The notes under the pieces are model-generated. The model was not told the DNA's origin, did not search any database, and saw only the letters and a program-made list of their open reading frames with translations. The position numbers were made by a program, and so were the translations under genes. Below are positions 1-10,000 of a stretch of DNA of 64,000 nt, one piece after another. The DNA is taken from IMG/VR virus record IMGVR_UViG_3300036846_000800, positions 7,104 to 71,103 of that record; one strand, given 5' to 3'. The number at the start of each line of letters is the position of its first letter. Position 1 is the first letter of the stretch. This DNA is from a virus.

Positions 1-843
1 GCTCATTACTGGCAGAAGTTCTGCACCTTAAGTTGCGCGGCCTCGTATCGCACCTCGCAACCTAAGTGGAAAAAGCAGCACGGCGAGAAAGTTAGAGCCA
101 AAAGCGATCCCGAAACCATGCGCCAGAAATCGCTCAAGGCCTGGAGCAATCCCGAAATCCGCACTCGCCTCTCCGAAAAGACTCGACAGCGCTCCAACAG
201 CAAAGAGCACCTTGCCTGGATGGACAAGCACAACGAGAGACTATGGGCAGATAAAGAGTTCCGTGAGCAGCACAGCAAGCGCGCAAGCCAGACGCTGAAT
301 AAACTCTGGGAAGACCCTGTGTACCGGGAGAAGATATCAGCGCAGACAGTCGAGCTTAACAAGCAACGCTGGGCTGACCCGGAGTTCCGCGAGCGGGTCA
401 GTAGAAATATCCGCATTGCAAAGCTCGACATGCTGGAGAAAAAACGAACCATCAAAGCCATGCGCGAACTGGCAGCGCGGCCGGAAGAACAAGCGCGCAA
501 AAGCAAGATGATGAAAGAGCGCTGGGATGATCCAGAAGAGCGCACCAAGATGACCAAACGATCCAGTGAAACAGCCACCAAGAGATGGCGCGACGATCCG
601 GCTTACCGGAAGAAACAAGCTGTCCATCTATCAGCGTGGGCAAAATCACCAGAGAATCGCAAGCGCATGAGCGAGATGGGTAAAAACCCGGAGAGCATTG
701 CGCGCACAGCGGCTCTCTGGACCCCCGAGCGCAGAGCAGAGCAAGCGGAGAAAAACCGCAAGCTCTGGGCTGATCCTGAGTACAAGGCGCGTGTCAGTGC
801 TGCTATCAGCAAGGCAAAGCGCAAACTTAATCCTGAGGCATGA
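1..843 (+). CDS. 5'-truncated basic helical-repeat protein (W-x-D-P-E-x-R repeats, homing-endonuclease-associated type)
   Basis: Frame is open from base 1 (AHYWQKFCTLSCAA..., a KFCxxxC zinc-motif remnant) through the ATG at 118. About 8 repeats resembling LWADKEFRE / RWADPEFRE / RWDDPEER / LWADPEYK. Confidence 0.6.
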   Translation, partial: AHYWQKFCTLSCAASYRTSQPKWKKQHGEKVRAKSDPETMRQKSLKAWSNPEIRTRLSEKTRQRSNSKEHLAWMDKHNERLWADKEFREQHSKRASQTLNKLWEDPVYREKISAQTVELNKQRWADPEFRERVSRNIRIAKLDMLEKKRTIKAMRELAARPEEQARKSKMMKERWDDPEERTKMTKRSSETATKRWRDDPAYRKKQAVHLSAWAKSPENRKRMSEMGKNPESIARTAALWTPERRAEQAEKNRKLWADPEYKARVSAAISKAKRKLNPEA

Positions 844-930
844 GGTGCATTTCAACGACAGAATGATGCTCGTCACGATCTGTTTTCTCCAGATCATAAC
901 TCTCATTCTGGTTCTCAGTGTGCTGGCGAA

Positions 931-1389
931 ATGACCACCGAGACGATCCTGGTGAAGCGCCGTGCCGCCTACAAGGGCGAGGTCGGGCTGTTCGCCGATA
1001 ACGAGATGAGCGAGAGCGATCTTGCGCTCGCGACCATGGACGAGGAGGTGCTCTGCAAGTGGTACAGCCCACGTAATCTCCAGGCCATGCGGTTCCTCTG
1101 GGGTCTAGTCTGGAAGACGTGGCAGAACACCGACATCTGGCTCGACCACCACAAGGCAATGGAAGACTTCAAGGCGCGCATTCACTTCACCAAGATGCTA
1201 TGGAACCCACAGGCCAAGAAAACCAAGCCCGCCATTAGGTCGCTTACGCGAATCAACAATGAGGAACTCCGTCTGGTAACAGAGAGAATCATGGATGTGA
1301 TCTGCCAGGAAATCATTCCAGGCATAGAGAAGGACGATCTGCGCCGCGAGGTCGAGGAGATGTTGGATGGAAAGAAAGTGAGGACCTAA
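931..1389 (+). CDS. DUF1367/NinB-like phage protein
   Basis: 152 aa; PRNLQAMRFLWGLV resembles the RNxxxHRxFFALL motif, and the C-terminal pattern is similar. Confidence 0.5.
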   Translation: MTTETILVKRRAAYKGEVGLFADNEMSESDLALATMDEEVLCKWYSPRNLQAMRFLWGLVWKTWQNTDIWLDHHKAMEDFKARIHFTKMLWNPQAKKTKPAIRSLTRINNEELRLVTERIMDVICQEIIPGIEKDDLRREVEEMLDGKKVRT

Positions 1390-1390
1390 C

Positions 1391-1633
1391 ATGAGATCAC
1401 ACAACAAAACGGCCCAAGCATATTACCGCGTGATCGATTACCTCTCGGATCACGGAAGCATCACGCACCAAAAAGCCTGCGAGATTGGTGGGTGGAACCA
1501 CGCCACATATCACCTCGCCAGACTTTGTCAGCGCGGAGACTTGAAACGCAAGGGCTATAACAAGTGGACGTGGGCGAAGCCGTGCTGCAACCTACCACTG
1601 AAACAGCGGCGCTTTTGCGAGTGTCGTTGGTGA
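1391..1633 (+). CDS. small winged-helix-like hypothetical protein
   Basis: 80 aa; VIDYLSDHGSITHQKACEIGG...HLARLCQRGDL pattern; GAGGA RBS. Confidence 0.45.
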   Translation: MRSHNKTAQAYYRVIDYLSDHGSITHQKACEIGGWNHATYHLARLCQRGDLKRKGYNKWTWAKPCCNLPLKQRRFCECRW

Positions 1634-1667
1634 CCGACATCGGATTGAGCGATGAAAGGACGATGGT

Positions 1668-1952
1668 ATGAACCAGATCGAATTTCTCTTGCGGCTTTCG
1701 GAGAATGCGCAGGACAAGGGCGACGAGATCGCCACCAGACAACAAACCGAGCGTGCCACTCACGTCACGGAGCTGCTCGAACTGCAGCGCATGGCTACCA
1801 TCGCACTACGAAACATCGAAGAGGAGCTGGCCCGCTTTGGGGTGACGAAGCGCACCACTCCTCAGCCGCAGCAGCTGCCATCAAAGGACTCGAATCCTCT
1901 GGCGTTTGGCAGCAAAGAGAAAGTCGCCGGCAATCAAGGGAAGGCCCCATGA
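1668..1952 (+). CDS. coiled-coil hypothetical protein
   Basis: 94 aa; GAAAGGA RBS at ~1654. Confidence 0.55.
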   Translation: MNQIEFLLRLSENAQDKGDEIATRQQTERATHVTELLELQRMATIALRNIEEELARFGVTKRTTPQPQQLPSKDSNPLAFGSKEKVAGNQGKAP

Positions 1953-2136
1953 CCAATGCAAGGACGCTAATGCTGGTGGCTGCCGTTCTGTTTCTTGCTA
2001 ATGTGATTGGGATATGCGTCGTGGCGTGTCAGATGCCGTTGAGATGATATCCACCGTCCAAAAAATAATGGTATCGATTGATGCTGTATCTGTATAGCAT
2101 GAAAATTCTCTACACCCTCACCGAGGAGAACAGAGC

Positions 2137-2889
2137 ATGAAGTTAAGGACCATCCTCCTGGCCAGCGCTGTAGCGTTGGGACTGGCCGGTCCGGCAAACG
2201 CAGAACTTGTCCTGTTTGGCGGGAGTGACCTCCTGTCGTTCGTGGACGTCGGCGCCGAAGGCTTCGGTAACGTCAACCGCGCCCTGACCTTGCAGACTAA
2301 CGGCATCGAATTTGGTGCTCGTGGTTTTGGTAACGTCCTGGTTGACGAGGCCATCAGCGGTGCTGACAAAGGCGGCACTCCAACGATCGGGTCGTTGGGG
2401 TGGACAAGTGGTGCTCAAGTCGGCATCGGTTTCAACACCGATCAAGCCGGTCAGAAAGACGGCATCACGCTAGACGCTTTGAAGTTGACGGTGTGGAATC
2501 TAGCTGGCACGCCTGTGTTCACCGCCAGCTTGGCAACCTCGCCGATCAACTTCAGTGCCATTGCGCTGGCGCTTCAGAGCGGCAACGGCAATGCGGTGTT
2601 CGACTTCGAACTCAATGCCGCAGAGCAGCTTCAGTTCTCGGCCATGCTGGCAGCCAATCCCGGCTCCGCTAACTTCACTGCGGGGCTGTCATCCATACTC
2701 GGCTGCACCTCACCAGTGGCAGCAGGGTGTCTGGTGTCGGACGATGGACCTGACTCCTTCACCTTCTTCTCACAGGCAGCAGTAGCGGTGCCCGGCCCGA
2801 TCGTGGGTGCCGGCCTTCCCGGCCTGATCGCCGCATGTGGTGGTCTGTTTGGGTGCAACTGGCTCCGCCGTCGGCGACGCATCGCCTGA
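2137..2889 (+). CDS. secreted protein with PEP-CTERM-like (VPGP) sorting tail
   Basis: Signal peptide MKLRTILLASAVALGLAGPANA; C-terminus VPGPIVGAGLPGLIAACGGLFGCNWLRRRRRIA (motif + TM helix + Arg cluster); GAGGAG RBS. Confidence 0.85.
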   Translation: MKLRTILLASAVALGLAGPANAELVLFGGSDLLSFVDVGAEGFGNVNRALTLQTNGIEFGARGFGNVLVDEAISGADKGGTPTIGSLGWTSGAQVGIGFNTDQAGQKDGITLDALKLTVWNLAGTPVFTASLATSPINFSAIALALQSGNGNAVFDFELNAAEQLQFSAMLAANPGSANFTAGLSSILGCTSPVAAGCLVSDDGPDSFTFFSQAAVAVPGPIVGAGLPGLIAACGGLFGCNWLRRRRRIA

Positions 2890-2935
2890 CAAGAACCACC
2901 TCACAACTGCTTAGCACCTCTGGACAGTTGTGAGT

Positions 2936-2975
2936 GGACCGGCCGGTTGCTCTGACGCCTTCCGGCCGGTCCTTT
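2936..2975 (+). terminator. probable intrinsic terminator hairpin
   Basis: GGACCGGCCGG (2936-2946) / CCGGCCGGTCC (2962-2972), followed by TTT. Confidence 0.5.
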
Positions 2976-2990
2976 CAACTCCCTCTCTTT

Positions 2991-3015
2991 GTAGCGTAGC
3001 GTAGCGTAGCGTAGC
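2991..3015. repeat. (GTAGC)5 microsatellite
   Basis: Five perfect tandem copies read directly. Confidence 0.95.
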
Positions 3016-3065
3016 GTTAGGGACGCCGTGGTGAGTCGCGGCGTCCCGCTTCAGTTTCCTCATGG

Positions 3066-3725
3066 ATGGGAGAATACACGATGCAGCCTTTTCTCGCGAT
3101 GATTACCCCTCTCAGTGGTGGCGGGGGTCCGGTTGATCCTGGCTTCGGGGTTCCCGGATGGCCTGCTCACCCGATCGCTCCCGGTGGTCGGCCTCCCGGT
3201 ATCTGGGGTGGTGCCCCACCTTGGATCGACAACACTCTACCCGGTCCACAACCAATACCGGGATGGCCTCCAGTCGTCATGCCACCGATCTACTATCCGC
3301 CCGGTGGCGGTGGCGGTCCGCCGCTTGGTACCTGGGGCGGTGATTCACCCTGGCCTGGATACGCGAGACCTCCGATCGCCCCAGGCGGTCGACCCCCGGG
3401 AATTTGGGGTGGTCCGCCGAATTGGATCGACAACACGTTGCCCGGCCCGCAGCCCACGCCCGGCTGGCCTCCGGTCATCATGCCGCCGATCTTCATTCCG
3501 ATCCCGCCCGGTGAGAAGCCACCCGAGCCCGGCAATGGTCTCACACCAAGCCATCCGATCTATATTCCGGGTGAGTCTGGTCCCGGTGGAGTGAAGCAGC
3601 TAGTGTTTGTCTACATCCCCAGCATTGGGGGTGTCTGGTTCCTGGTCGATGTTCCGGCAGCACCGCCGCCGGCACCGACACATCCGATCGTGGAGCCACC
3701 CCCTCCGGGAGGCCCAAAAAAGTAG
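3066..3725 (+). CDS. proline/glycine-rich repeat protein
   Basis: 219 aa (start may be 3081); duplicated unit PIAPGGRPPGIWGG.P.WIDNTLPGPQP.PGWPPV.MPPI; recurring HPI motifs. Confidence 0.75.
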   Translation: MGEYTMQPFLAMITPLSGGGGPVDPGFGVPGWPAHPIAPGGRPPGIWGGAPPWIDNTLPGPQPIPGWPPVVMPPIYYPPGGGGGPPLGTWGGDSPWPGYARPPIAPGGRPPGIWGGPPNWIDNTLPGPQPTPGWPPVIMPPIFIPIPPGEKPPEPGNGLTPSHPIYIPGESGPGGVKQLVFVYIPSIGGVWFLVDVPAAPPPAPTHPIVEPPPPGGPKK

Positions 3726-3740
3726 GTCCGCTCCGCTCAT

Positions 3741-3770
3741 GGGCGGGGCACCATAAGCCCCGCTCTTTTT
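3741..3770 (+). terminator. rho-independent terminator
   Basis: GGGCGGGGC-accataa-GCCCCGCTC followed by TTTTTT, just after the stop at 3725. Confidence 0.75.
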
Positions 3771-3805
3771 ATAAGCGCGTCAATCGCTGCCTAGATCGTA
3801 TCAGC

Positions 3806-4000
3806 ATGCTGCTGCCGCCACCGACACCCATCGGATTACGGCTTCGCATGTACGAGGTGACGCGACTCGACGTCGCGTGTGCCGTCGGCGGGATACTGAT
3901 CTCTGCCGGCGCGTGGTGGTACCATGCCAACTGGCAATGGTTCGTGATCGGCTTGCTGCTAGTGGTGCTGTCGTGGATGATGGATCGATGGATGTTCTAG
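3806..4000 (+). CDS. small two-TM membrane protein
   Basis: 64 aa with two hydrophobic segments. Confidence 0.45.
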   Translation: MLLPPPTPIGLRLRMYEVTRLDVACAVGGILISAGAWWYHANWQWFVIGLLLVVLSWMMDRWMF

Positions 4001-4086
4001 CCGACGTCGTATTCGGTGCGGCCCTGTTCGCAGTGGGCTTTAGATTCGTTTCTGGCCGTTGGCCCTGGAACTTTAGGTGACCACCG

Positions 4087-4455
4087 TCATCTCCGCTGTT
4101 CCAAATCCTGCTCACGCTTGGCCATCGACTGTACGGCTTGATGATAAGCCCCGCGCGCAATGGTCAAACCTCTCCTGAAATTAGTCGCGTCTTTGGCCCC
4201 GTCAGTGAGCCATACGTTCCATAACCTAATGAGATGGGCATGATAGGCGTCATCAAGCGCCTTGCGATCGGCCGCCAACAAGTTGGCATCGAGCGGTACA
4301 CCGCTGTAGAGATCGCCTTGTGGTGCAGCTGCTTCGACCTGCCAGCGATCGCTCAGATATCCGCACAACGCTAGCGCAAACAGGATTATCAGGCAGATTA
4401 CGACCGTCAGCACGATCCGATGACCGAGCGACATGTCCTCCAGCGGACGCATCAT
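4087..4455 (-). CDS. N-terminally membrane-anchored protein in the lysis region (possible spanin-like)
   Basis: 122 aa; single TM followed by a helical domain; lies downstream of the endolysin. Confidence 0.5.
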   Translation of the reverse strand: MMRPLEDMSLGHRIVLTVVICLIILFALALCGYLSDRWQVEAAAPQGDLYSGVPLDANLLAADRKALDDAYHAHLIRLWNVWLTDGAKDATNFRRGLTIARGAYHQAVQSMAKREQDLEQRR

Positions 4456-4465
4456 CTTGGCCCGC

Positions 4466-4663
4466 TCATTGGTGAAAGCGTCGCCGTGCTTGCGCGCGCG
4501 GCTCCTTGACCTCTAACCCGGTGCGAAACACGGCGTGGCGGAGGTGATGCGATAGGCTGTGCCACAGCTCCTCGTTGTCACGTTCTTTGCGCAGCTGCCG
4601 GAAGTCTTCGTATGCATGGTGCACGTGACGATGCGCTGCGTCGTGGTTCGTCCAGTCGCTCAT
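4466..4663 (-). CDS. hypothetical protein
   Basis: Start MSDW overlaps the endolysin stop codon; His-rich. Confidence 0.45.
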   Translation of the reverse strand: MSDWTNHDAAHRHVHHAYEDFRQLRKERDNEELWHSLSHHLRHAVFRTGLEVKEPRAQARRRFHQ

Positions 4664-6237
4664 CAGTCTTCCTCCCACGGCTCCCCGTTCAGGTAGACGT
4701 CGACGTCTCCCGTCACTTCGATCTTAACTTTTCCCTTGGCGGTGATCATCACCTGAGGATTATCAGGCTCGGGTTCCGGCTCGGGTTCAGGCGGCTCCAT
4801 GCCCTCCTCGACCAGCGCCTGAATAGCCTGGAGCATCGCATCAGCCTCGCTGCGAAGCTCGACCGCACGCTCATTGATTGGCCCCCAGTGCTTCCTGGCG
4901 TTTCTGAGCCCGACAGCAGTCACAAAGACGTGGAAGGCCGGCGCGTACTTGCTGAGGAACTGGTACTGCGCTCCCCCACCGGTACCGAACCCACCCAGAT
5001 CAGACTCCTTGAGCGACACCCCCTCCTGGAACTGTGCCCTGAAGCCGCAGGGATTATCCCAGTACTCACTCAGGAGTGGCGGTATCTCGTCTCGACAGGA
5101 GCGGATATTCCAGGAGGTCTGGAAAAGCGAAGCCTCAGCGGTGTCAGCAGAAACGTTAGAGGCGGATTGATCCCGACCCTCGGAATATCTTCCCGAGGAC
5201 TCGCGCATGCCAAGGCCAATCATGAGCACAAACAGATGCCTGAGGGTGTCCAGCCCGTCCTCGCTGTTATCCATCCCTTCGTCTTCGAACTCATCCTCGT
5301 ACCACGCCATGGCATCGGTATCGTCATCGTCCACGTCGACGGCCCGAGCCATCTCGTAGGCCGCATCGTCCTCGGTGTTGTACCTTGCAACGGCCAGCGC
5401 AAAACTCAGCGCCATGCCGATGATGTACCCGACAGGAGCTACCCCTCGGTTGTCCCCCCAGTCGTAACGGGCAATGGAGCTGTGCCTTGCCGTGTCGCTG
5501 ATGGCGGCAATCAGATTGGGCGGGAGCCCGTCTGTGCCGGCGATGACCTTGGTGTCCAGCTCATCGAGCTTCTCCCAGGTGGCCGGGCCAACCTCACCGT
5601 CCGCAGTGAGGCTACAGGCGCCCTGGTACCCCTTCACAGCGCTGTCAGTGATGCCCCCGAAGTCGCCGTCGACCGGGTGCACACCGAGCGTGGTCTGAAT
5701 CGACATCACCTCGGGGCCGCTGGCACCTTCCCCCACGCTGCTTCGGGGGATCGCCGGGATGGGATAGGACATCGGCCAGACATAGGCGACCACCGTGTCC
5801 GGGTCGTATTCGTCCACCGTCACCGCGTCGGACTGGTTGCCGCCACGACAGGCCAACATGCCACCAGACCACTCCTCGAATATGGTGATGTGGCCGCCGC
5901 CGGATCGCTCCATCGCGACGAGGCATCCCTGCACCGGCGACGGCAGGTGGGTGTAGTTGGGATCGTTCGCCCAAGACAGCGCCCACATCCACTTGTCAGT
6001 ATCGGTCGCCCCGAACGGGCCGCTGATGTCGGCGACCGCCATGCAGAACGCTGCTGTGACGCCGCACCACGCGATGCTATCGTCGGTGTAGAGGGAGGCG
6101 TAGTCGGCCTGCGGAGGGAACTTCTGGCCGATGAAGGCGGCCATTGCCTCGATCTTGGGGTTCGAGCCGTTGCTGTACTCGGTCAACCCCGTAATCGCCC
6201 GCATCGCTTGCAGCCAGGGCGGGATATCATCAGCCAT
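4663..6237 (-). CDS. endolysin: TIGR02594-type NlpC/P60/CHAP-like domain + peptidoglycan-binding domain + lysozyme-like domain
   Basis: PPWL...DDSIAWCG...GGGHITIF...GGNQSDAV; DGDFGGITDSAVKGYQ...ADGEVGPATW (PG-binding); GMRESSGRY...LFQTSWN. Confidence 0.8.
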   Translation of the reverse strand: MADDIPPWLQAMRAITGLTEYSNGSNPKIEAMAAFIGQKFPPQADYASLYTDDSIAWCGVTAAFCMAVADISGPFGATDTDKWMWALSWANDPNYTHLPSPVQGCLVAMERSGGGHITIFEEWSGGMLACRGGNQSDAVTVDEYDPDTVVAYVWPMSYPIPAIPRSSVGEGASGPEVMSIQTTLGVHPVDGDFGGITDSAVKGYQGACSLTADGEVGPATWEKLDELDTKVIAGTDGLPPNLIAAISDTARHSSIARYDWGDNRGVAPVGYIIGMALSFALAVARYNTEDDAAYEMARAVDVDDDDTDAMAWYEDEFEDEGMDNSEDGLDTLRHLFVLMIGLGMRESSGRYSEGRDQSASNVSADTAEASLFQTSWNIRSCRDEIPPLLSEYWDNPCGFRAQFQEGVSLKESDLGGFGTGGGAQYQFLSKYAPAFHVFVTAVGLRNARKHWGPINERAVELRSEADAMLQAIQALVEEGMEPPEPEPEPEPDNPQVMITAKGKVKIEVTGDVDVYLNGEPWEED

Positions 6238-6492
6238 GCTTGCCTCCCGAATCGGGAGACCATATTAACACGCAGACCCCGGCGAGTGGTTGGTCCACCG
6301 GGGCCAGCGTGCGGAAGTCAAACGTACAAGGGTGACAGTACTCCTGCCGTATGATCACCGGCAGCGCGGCCGGCGCGCTCTCCCTTTGTGTCGGCTATCA
6401 GACTTAAGAAAGTAACCAGATCGCAATCAGCGTGACAAGGACGGTCCCCACGATGATCGCGACGCCCCATCGGATATCGTTATTGGTATCCA

Positions 6493-6921
6493 TCATCCAC
6501 GCGAAAGCAGACTACCAGCATGATAACCAAACAGCAGGTTAGCAGCGGCAACCAGCAGGGCAATCAGTACGATGGCGCCAAGCACATACTTTATGATCGG
6601 CGCCAGCGGGGCTCCACCCATGTTCGACACGATCCAATCAACGATCAAGTTGATCACGTAGAGCACGACCACGGCGACGATCACCGCGACAGCAAACCAT
6701 ACGACGCCGAGAGGTGAGACGGTCACCCCGCCTGCCAGCCCAAACACCGCAGCGATGGTGACGATCAGCGCGATCAGCAGCAGCGCACCGATGGCGATCT
6801 TCGCAATCTTGGCGAAGAAGTCATCCGGCGCCACCTTATCGATGCTGAGAAAGAAGATGCCACCCGCCGCCAGCAGCGCGATGATGTTGACCAGAAATTG
6901 CACCAGTCCCGAGCCTGACAT
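6493..6921 (-). CDS. four-TM membrane protein, holin candidate
   Basis: 142 aa, almost entirely hydrophobic, two similar halves, upstream of the endolysin. Confidence 0.55.
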   Translation of the reverse strand: MSGSGLVQFLVNIIALLAAGGIFFLSIDKVAPDDFFAKIAKIAIGALLLIALIVTIAAVFGLAGGVTVSPLGVVWFAVAVIVAVVVLYVINLIVDWIVSNMGGAPLAPIIKYVLGAIVLIALLVAAANLLFGYHAGSLLSRG

Positions 6922-7046
6922 AGTAGCCTCCGTCGCGGTTGACTTTCATCGGCCCCTGCATTACACGTAAAGCATGGTCAAGTACGTCTACACGCCAGTC
7001 GATTGGAGCCGCTACCGGTTCTATGCCCGCCGCGAGACGTGGCGAC

Positions 7047-10000
7047 CTATTGCTGTTCCTCGCCGCCCGGGCGTAGTGCTCCAGCTCCGACGACCGCCGC
7101 GCCGCCAAGACCGAGCAGCGGACGCCGCCCGGTAACGTGCTCAGCCCACGCCTGCTCAGGGGTAATGCCCCTCACCTTTGCGGTGACCCAGGCGCGGCGG
7201 TTCAGTTCCACAGCCAACGGCACGGGTATTGATTTGAGACCAGTGTACTCGCCACCGCCGATCCAGGTGGCGGCCTGCTGCTGGGCTTGTGGCACCCCTG
7301 CACGCTGCGCTGCGCGCCCACCCAGGCGTTCCAGCGCAGCGTATTCTCCTGGCAGTAGTCCGCCCGCCGTAGCTCCCTCACCAAACGCCTCTGCGCCATA
7401 CGGCATGCCGACCATGTTGCGGATGTCGTGGGTGTCGACCGTGCGCGGCCCATAATTACCGCTGAGGTTCTGCCGATAAGAGAACGGTTTCGGGTTACTG
7501 ACCGGGTCGCCCATGTTTTGCAGATACTCGCGCACGCGCGCAGCGTGCTGCACCTGCGACTTGGCTCCGTAGCCAGCAGGCGGCGGGCCGGCAAGCGCCT
7601 GTACGGTCTTGCCGCTGACCGGATCGGTCATCGATATGACCTGCGGTAGCGGCTCTCCACGCATGACATTGCCGAGGTAGTAGCTCGACCCGCGCACGTT
7701 GCTGCTGATCGGGTTCACCATCGAGGTGCCGGCGAGCGCATCAATCCAGGCTCTCTGCGCCTGAGGACCACGCTCGGGGCCTAGTATCTGCGGGAAGGTA
7801 GCGAGCGGCTCCTGGATGTTGTACCAGCCCCAGTCTCCAGGGCCGGCCTTACCAGCCGCGCTCTCGATGCGACGCAACCCACCCTGAGCAGCTGGCGCAA
7901 GACGCTCGGTCATCTTTGGTGCAACACGCGGCAACGGAAACTGCTCAACGTCCGGCATGCGGCGTAGAGTTTCGGGGCTGAGATCGAAAATGCTCGGCGC
8001 TGTGCCTTGCTCCCTAAGAACATCGAACTCCTTCTCGGCTCTGGTGATTTCTTTTTTGACCGGAGCAAAGGCCTGCTTGCCCGGTTCTGCAGCTTCCTGC
8101 GATGGCAGCTGGAACCCCGGCTTCTTGAGCCTGCCCTGCTGGAAAGCCTTACGCTCCTCTGATGTCAGCGTTTCGAGCGCGGCCCGATCTGCCATCTTGA
8201 GCCGTGTCGCAGCCTCGATAGCCGCCGGTGTTTGTGTTTGTAATGACGGCTTTACCAGCGAGCTGGGCGGCTGACCAATCAGCCCAAGGTCATGGTAGAG
8301 CTGGCGCAGCTGCGGCTGGGTCATCTCTCCGCTTGCCTCAGCCGCGCGGGCGATCTCTTCCGGCGAGGCCCTTGCTGCTAACTGTGGCGTCCGCCGTACC
8401 GCACCAGCACCGAGCACCGTTCCCGCTCCCCGCACTGCTGAGAACGGCGAGCCAACTACCGCCATCGCAGTCTCGGCACTTGGTGCGGGGTCAAACTCCT
8501 CAGGCCGAAAGAAGGCATTACCGCCCTGCCGCCCTGCATAATCAAGCGCGCGTGCCGCTGCACTCGGTGGAGCACCGGCCTCCTTGGCTTCACGATTGGC
8601 AGCGGCAGCCCCGGCAGCACGGGTCAGCGCAGGGTGCGCCGCCGCCGTGCGCTCGAAGGCATCCCGCTCCAGCGCCTCGGGCATCTCTGGAACATCACCG
8701 CCCTCGGCACGCCGCCGGGTGGGATCGCGCGATCCGCCACCGCGCCGGTCCTCGATGTTGAGACTTTCGGGAAAGCTCGCCAGCGCCTCCTGATTCATCG
8801 GAATGCCGCCGAACGGGGGAAAGGTCGGATAACTCGGGTTACCCACCGCCGCGAGGTAGTGATGCAGCACCTGCGGATCGAGCGGGGCATTCCAGTCGGC
8901 CCGTGGCGGCGGCACATAGCGATTGCGACCGACGTCGTTGACGCCGACTTGCTCGGCCAGACCGCCATCGGCCATGCCGAGGGTCTGATAGATGCCGGTC
9001 CCAGGATCGCGCCAGCCCTGCGACTGTGAGTAATCAATGAAGCTCTCGCCGGGGGTCATCACCCGGCTGGTGGGGTCGGTGTAGTTCTCGTCGTCTTCGT
9101 TCTCCCACTGGGAATTATCGGTGGGGTCAACGCGCTTGGCGCGGCCGGTGATCTCACGTTCGCCAGTGGGATAGTCGAGGCTACCGCCCCGCGCACGCGA
9201 ATCAACACGTGGGAGGTAGCCCTCCGGTGTGGTGTCCGCCTCGAACGCGCCCCACCCCTCGGCGGGAATGCCACGCCCTCGGAGCTGGTTGTAGATGTCC
9301 TCGCGCGACGTCGCCGGCGGTCCCTTAGCAACCTTGAGGGGGCGCTTCTGCGCAGCCAGCTGTGCGCTGAAACCACCGCTGCCTGGACTGCTCCCCAGCA
9401 GCGCCTCGTGCTTCTCGCGCAGGCCTACCGGAGCGGCCGATTGCTCCCGCGCTTCTCCACCATCCTGTAGAGCTTGGCTTGGCCACGGGCGTGGGCCGCG
9501 AGCGCCAGCAGCCGCTCCCGCTCCTTGGGATCGCCCTCCCGTGCCGCCAATCGCTGGAACACCACCGCCCGCTTGGCGTGATTCTGGCTGCGGTTCTTCA
9601 ACATTGGGTAACGTCGCTCCTAGACCAACACCAACACCGCCTGCTGTGGGAAGGGCCGCGCCTCGACGGCTAGACGGCCGGACAGTAAGGCGCAACGGAG
9701 CAGCAGGAGTAATATCGGTCAGCATCTTTGCAAGAGACTCGTTCGATTTTGCGTGTAACCAAGCCTGTGTGGGCTTCCCCAAAGTGTTCTGATAAATCGA
9801 TTTGAAAAACCCCAGCCCGAGCTTGTGTGCAAAGGCATCCCTTGCCAGCTGACCAAAGATTGAGTCAGCTTCCTGTGCCTGTGCCTGTCGGCGAAACGTA
9901 GCGCTGTTGCCCAACGACTGCGCCGTTACCTCAGCCGTTGCAATCTCGTGGTCGAGTGCTTGCTGGAAGTTCTGGTTTGCTCCTGGATTAGGCATCATTG

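Noticed and set aside
4612-6354. 580-aa plus-strand ORF
   Set aside because: Antisense shadow of the endolysin; no motifs; expected in high-GC DNA.
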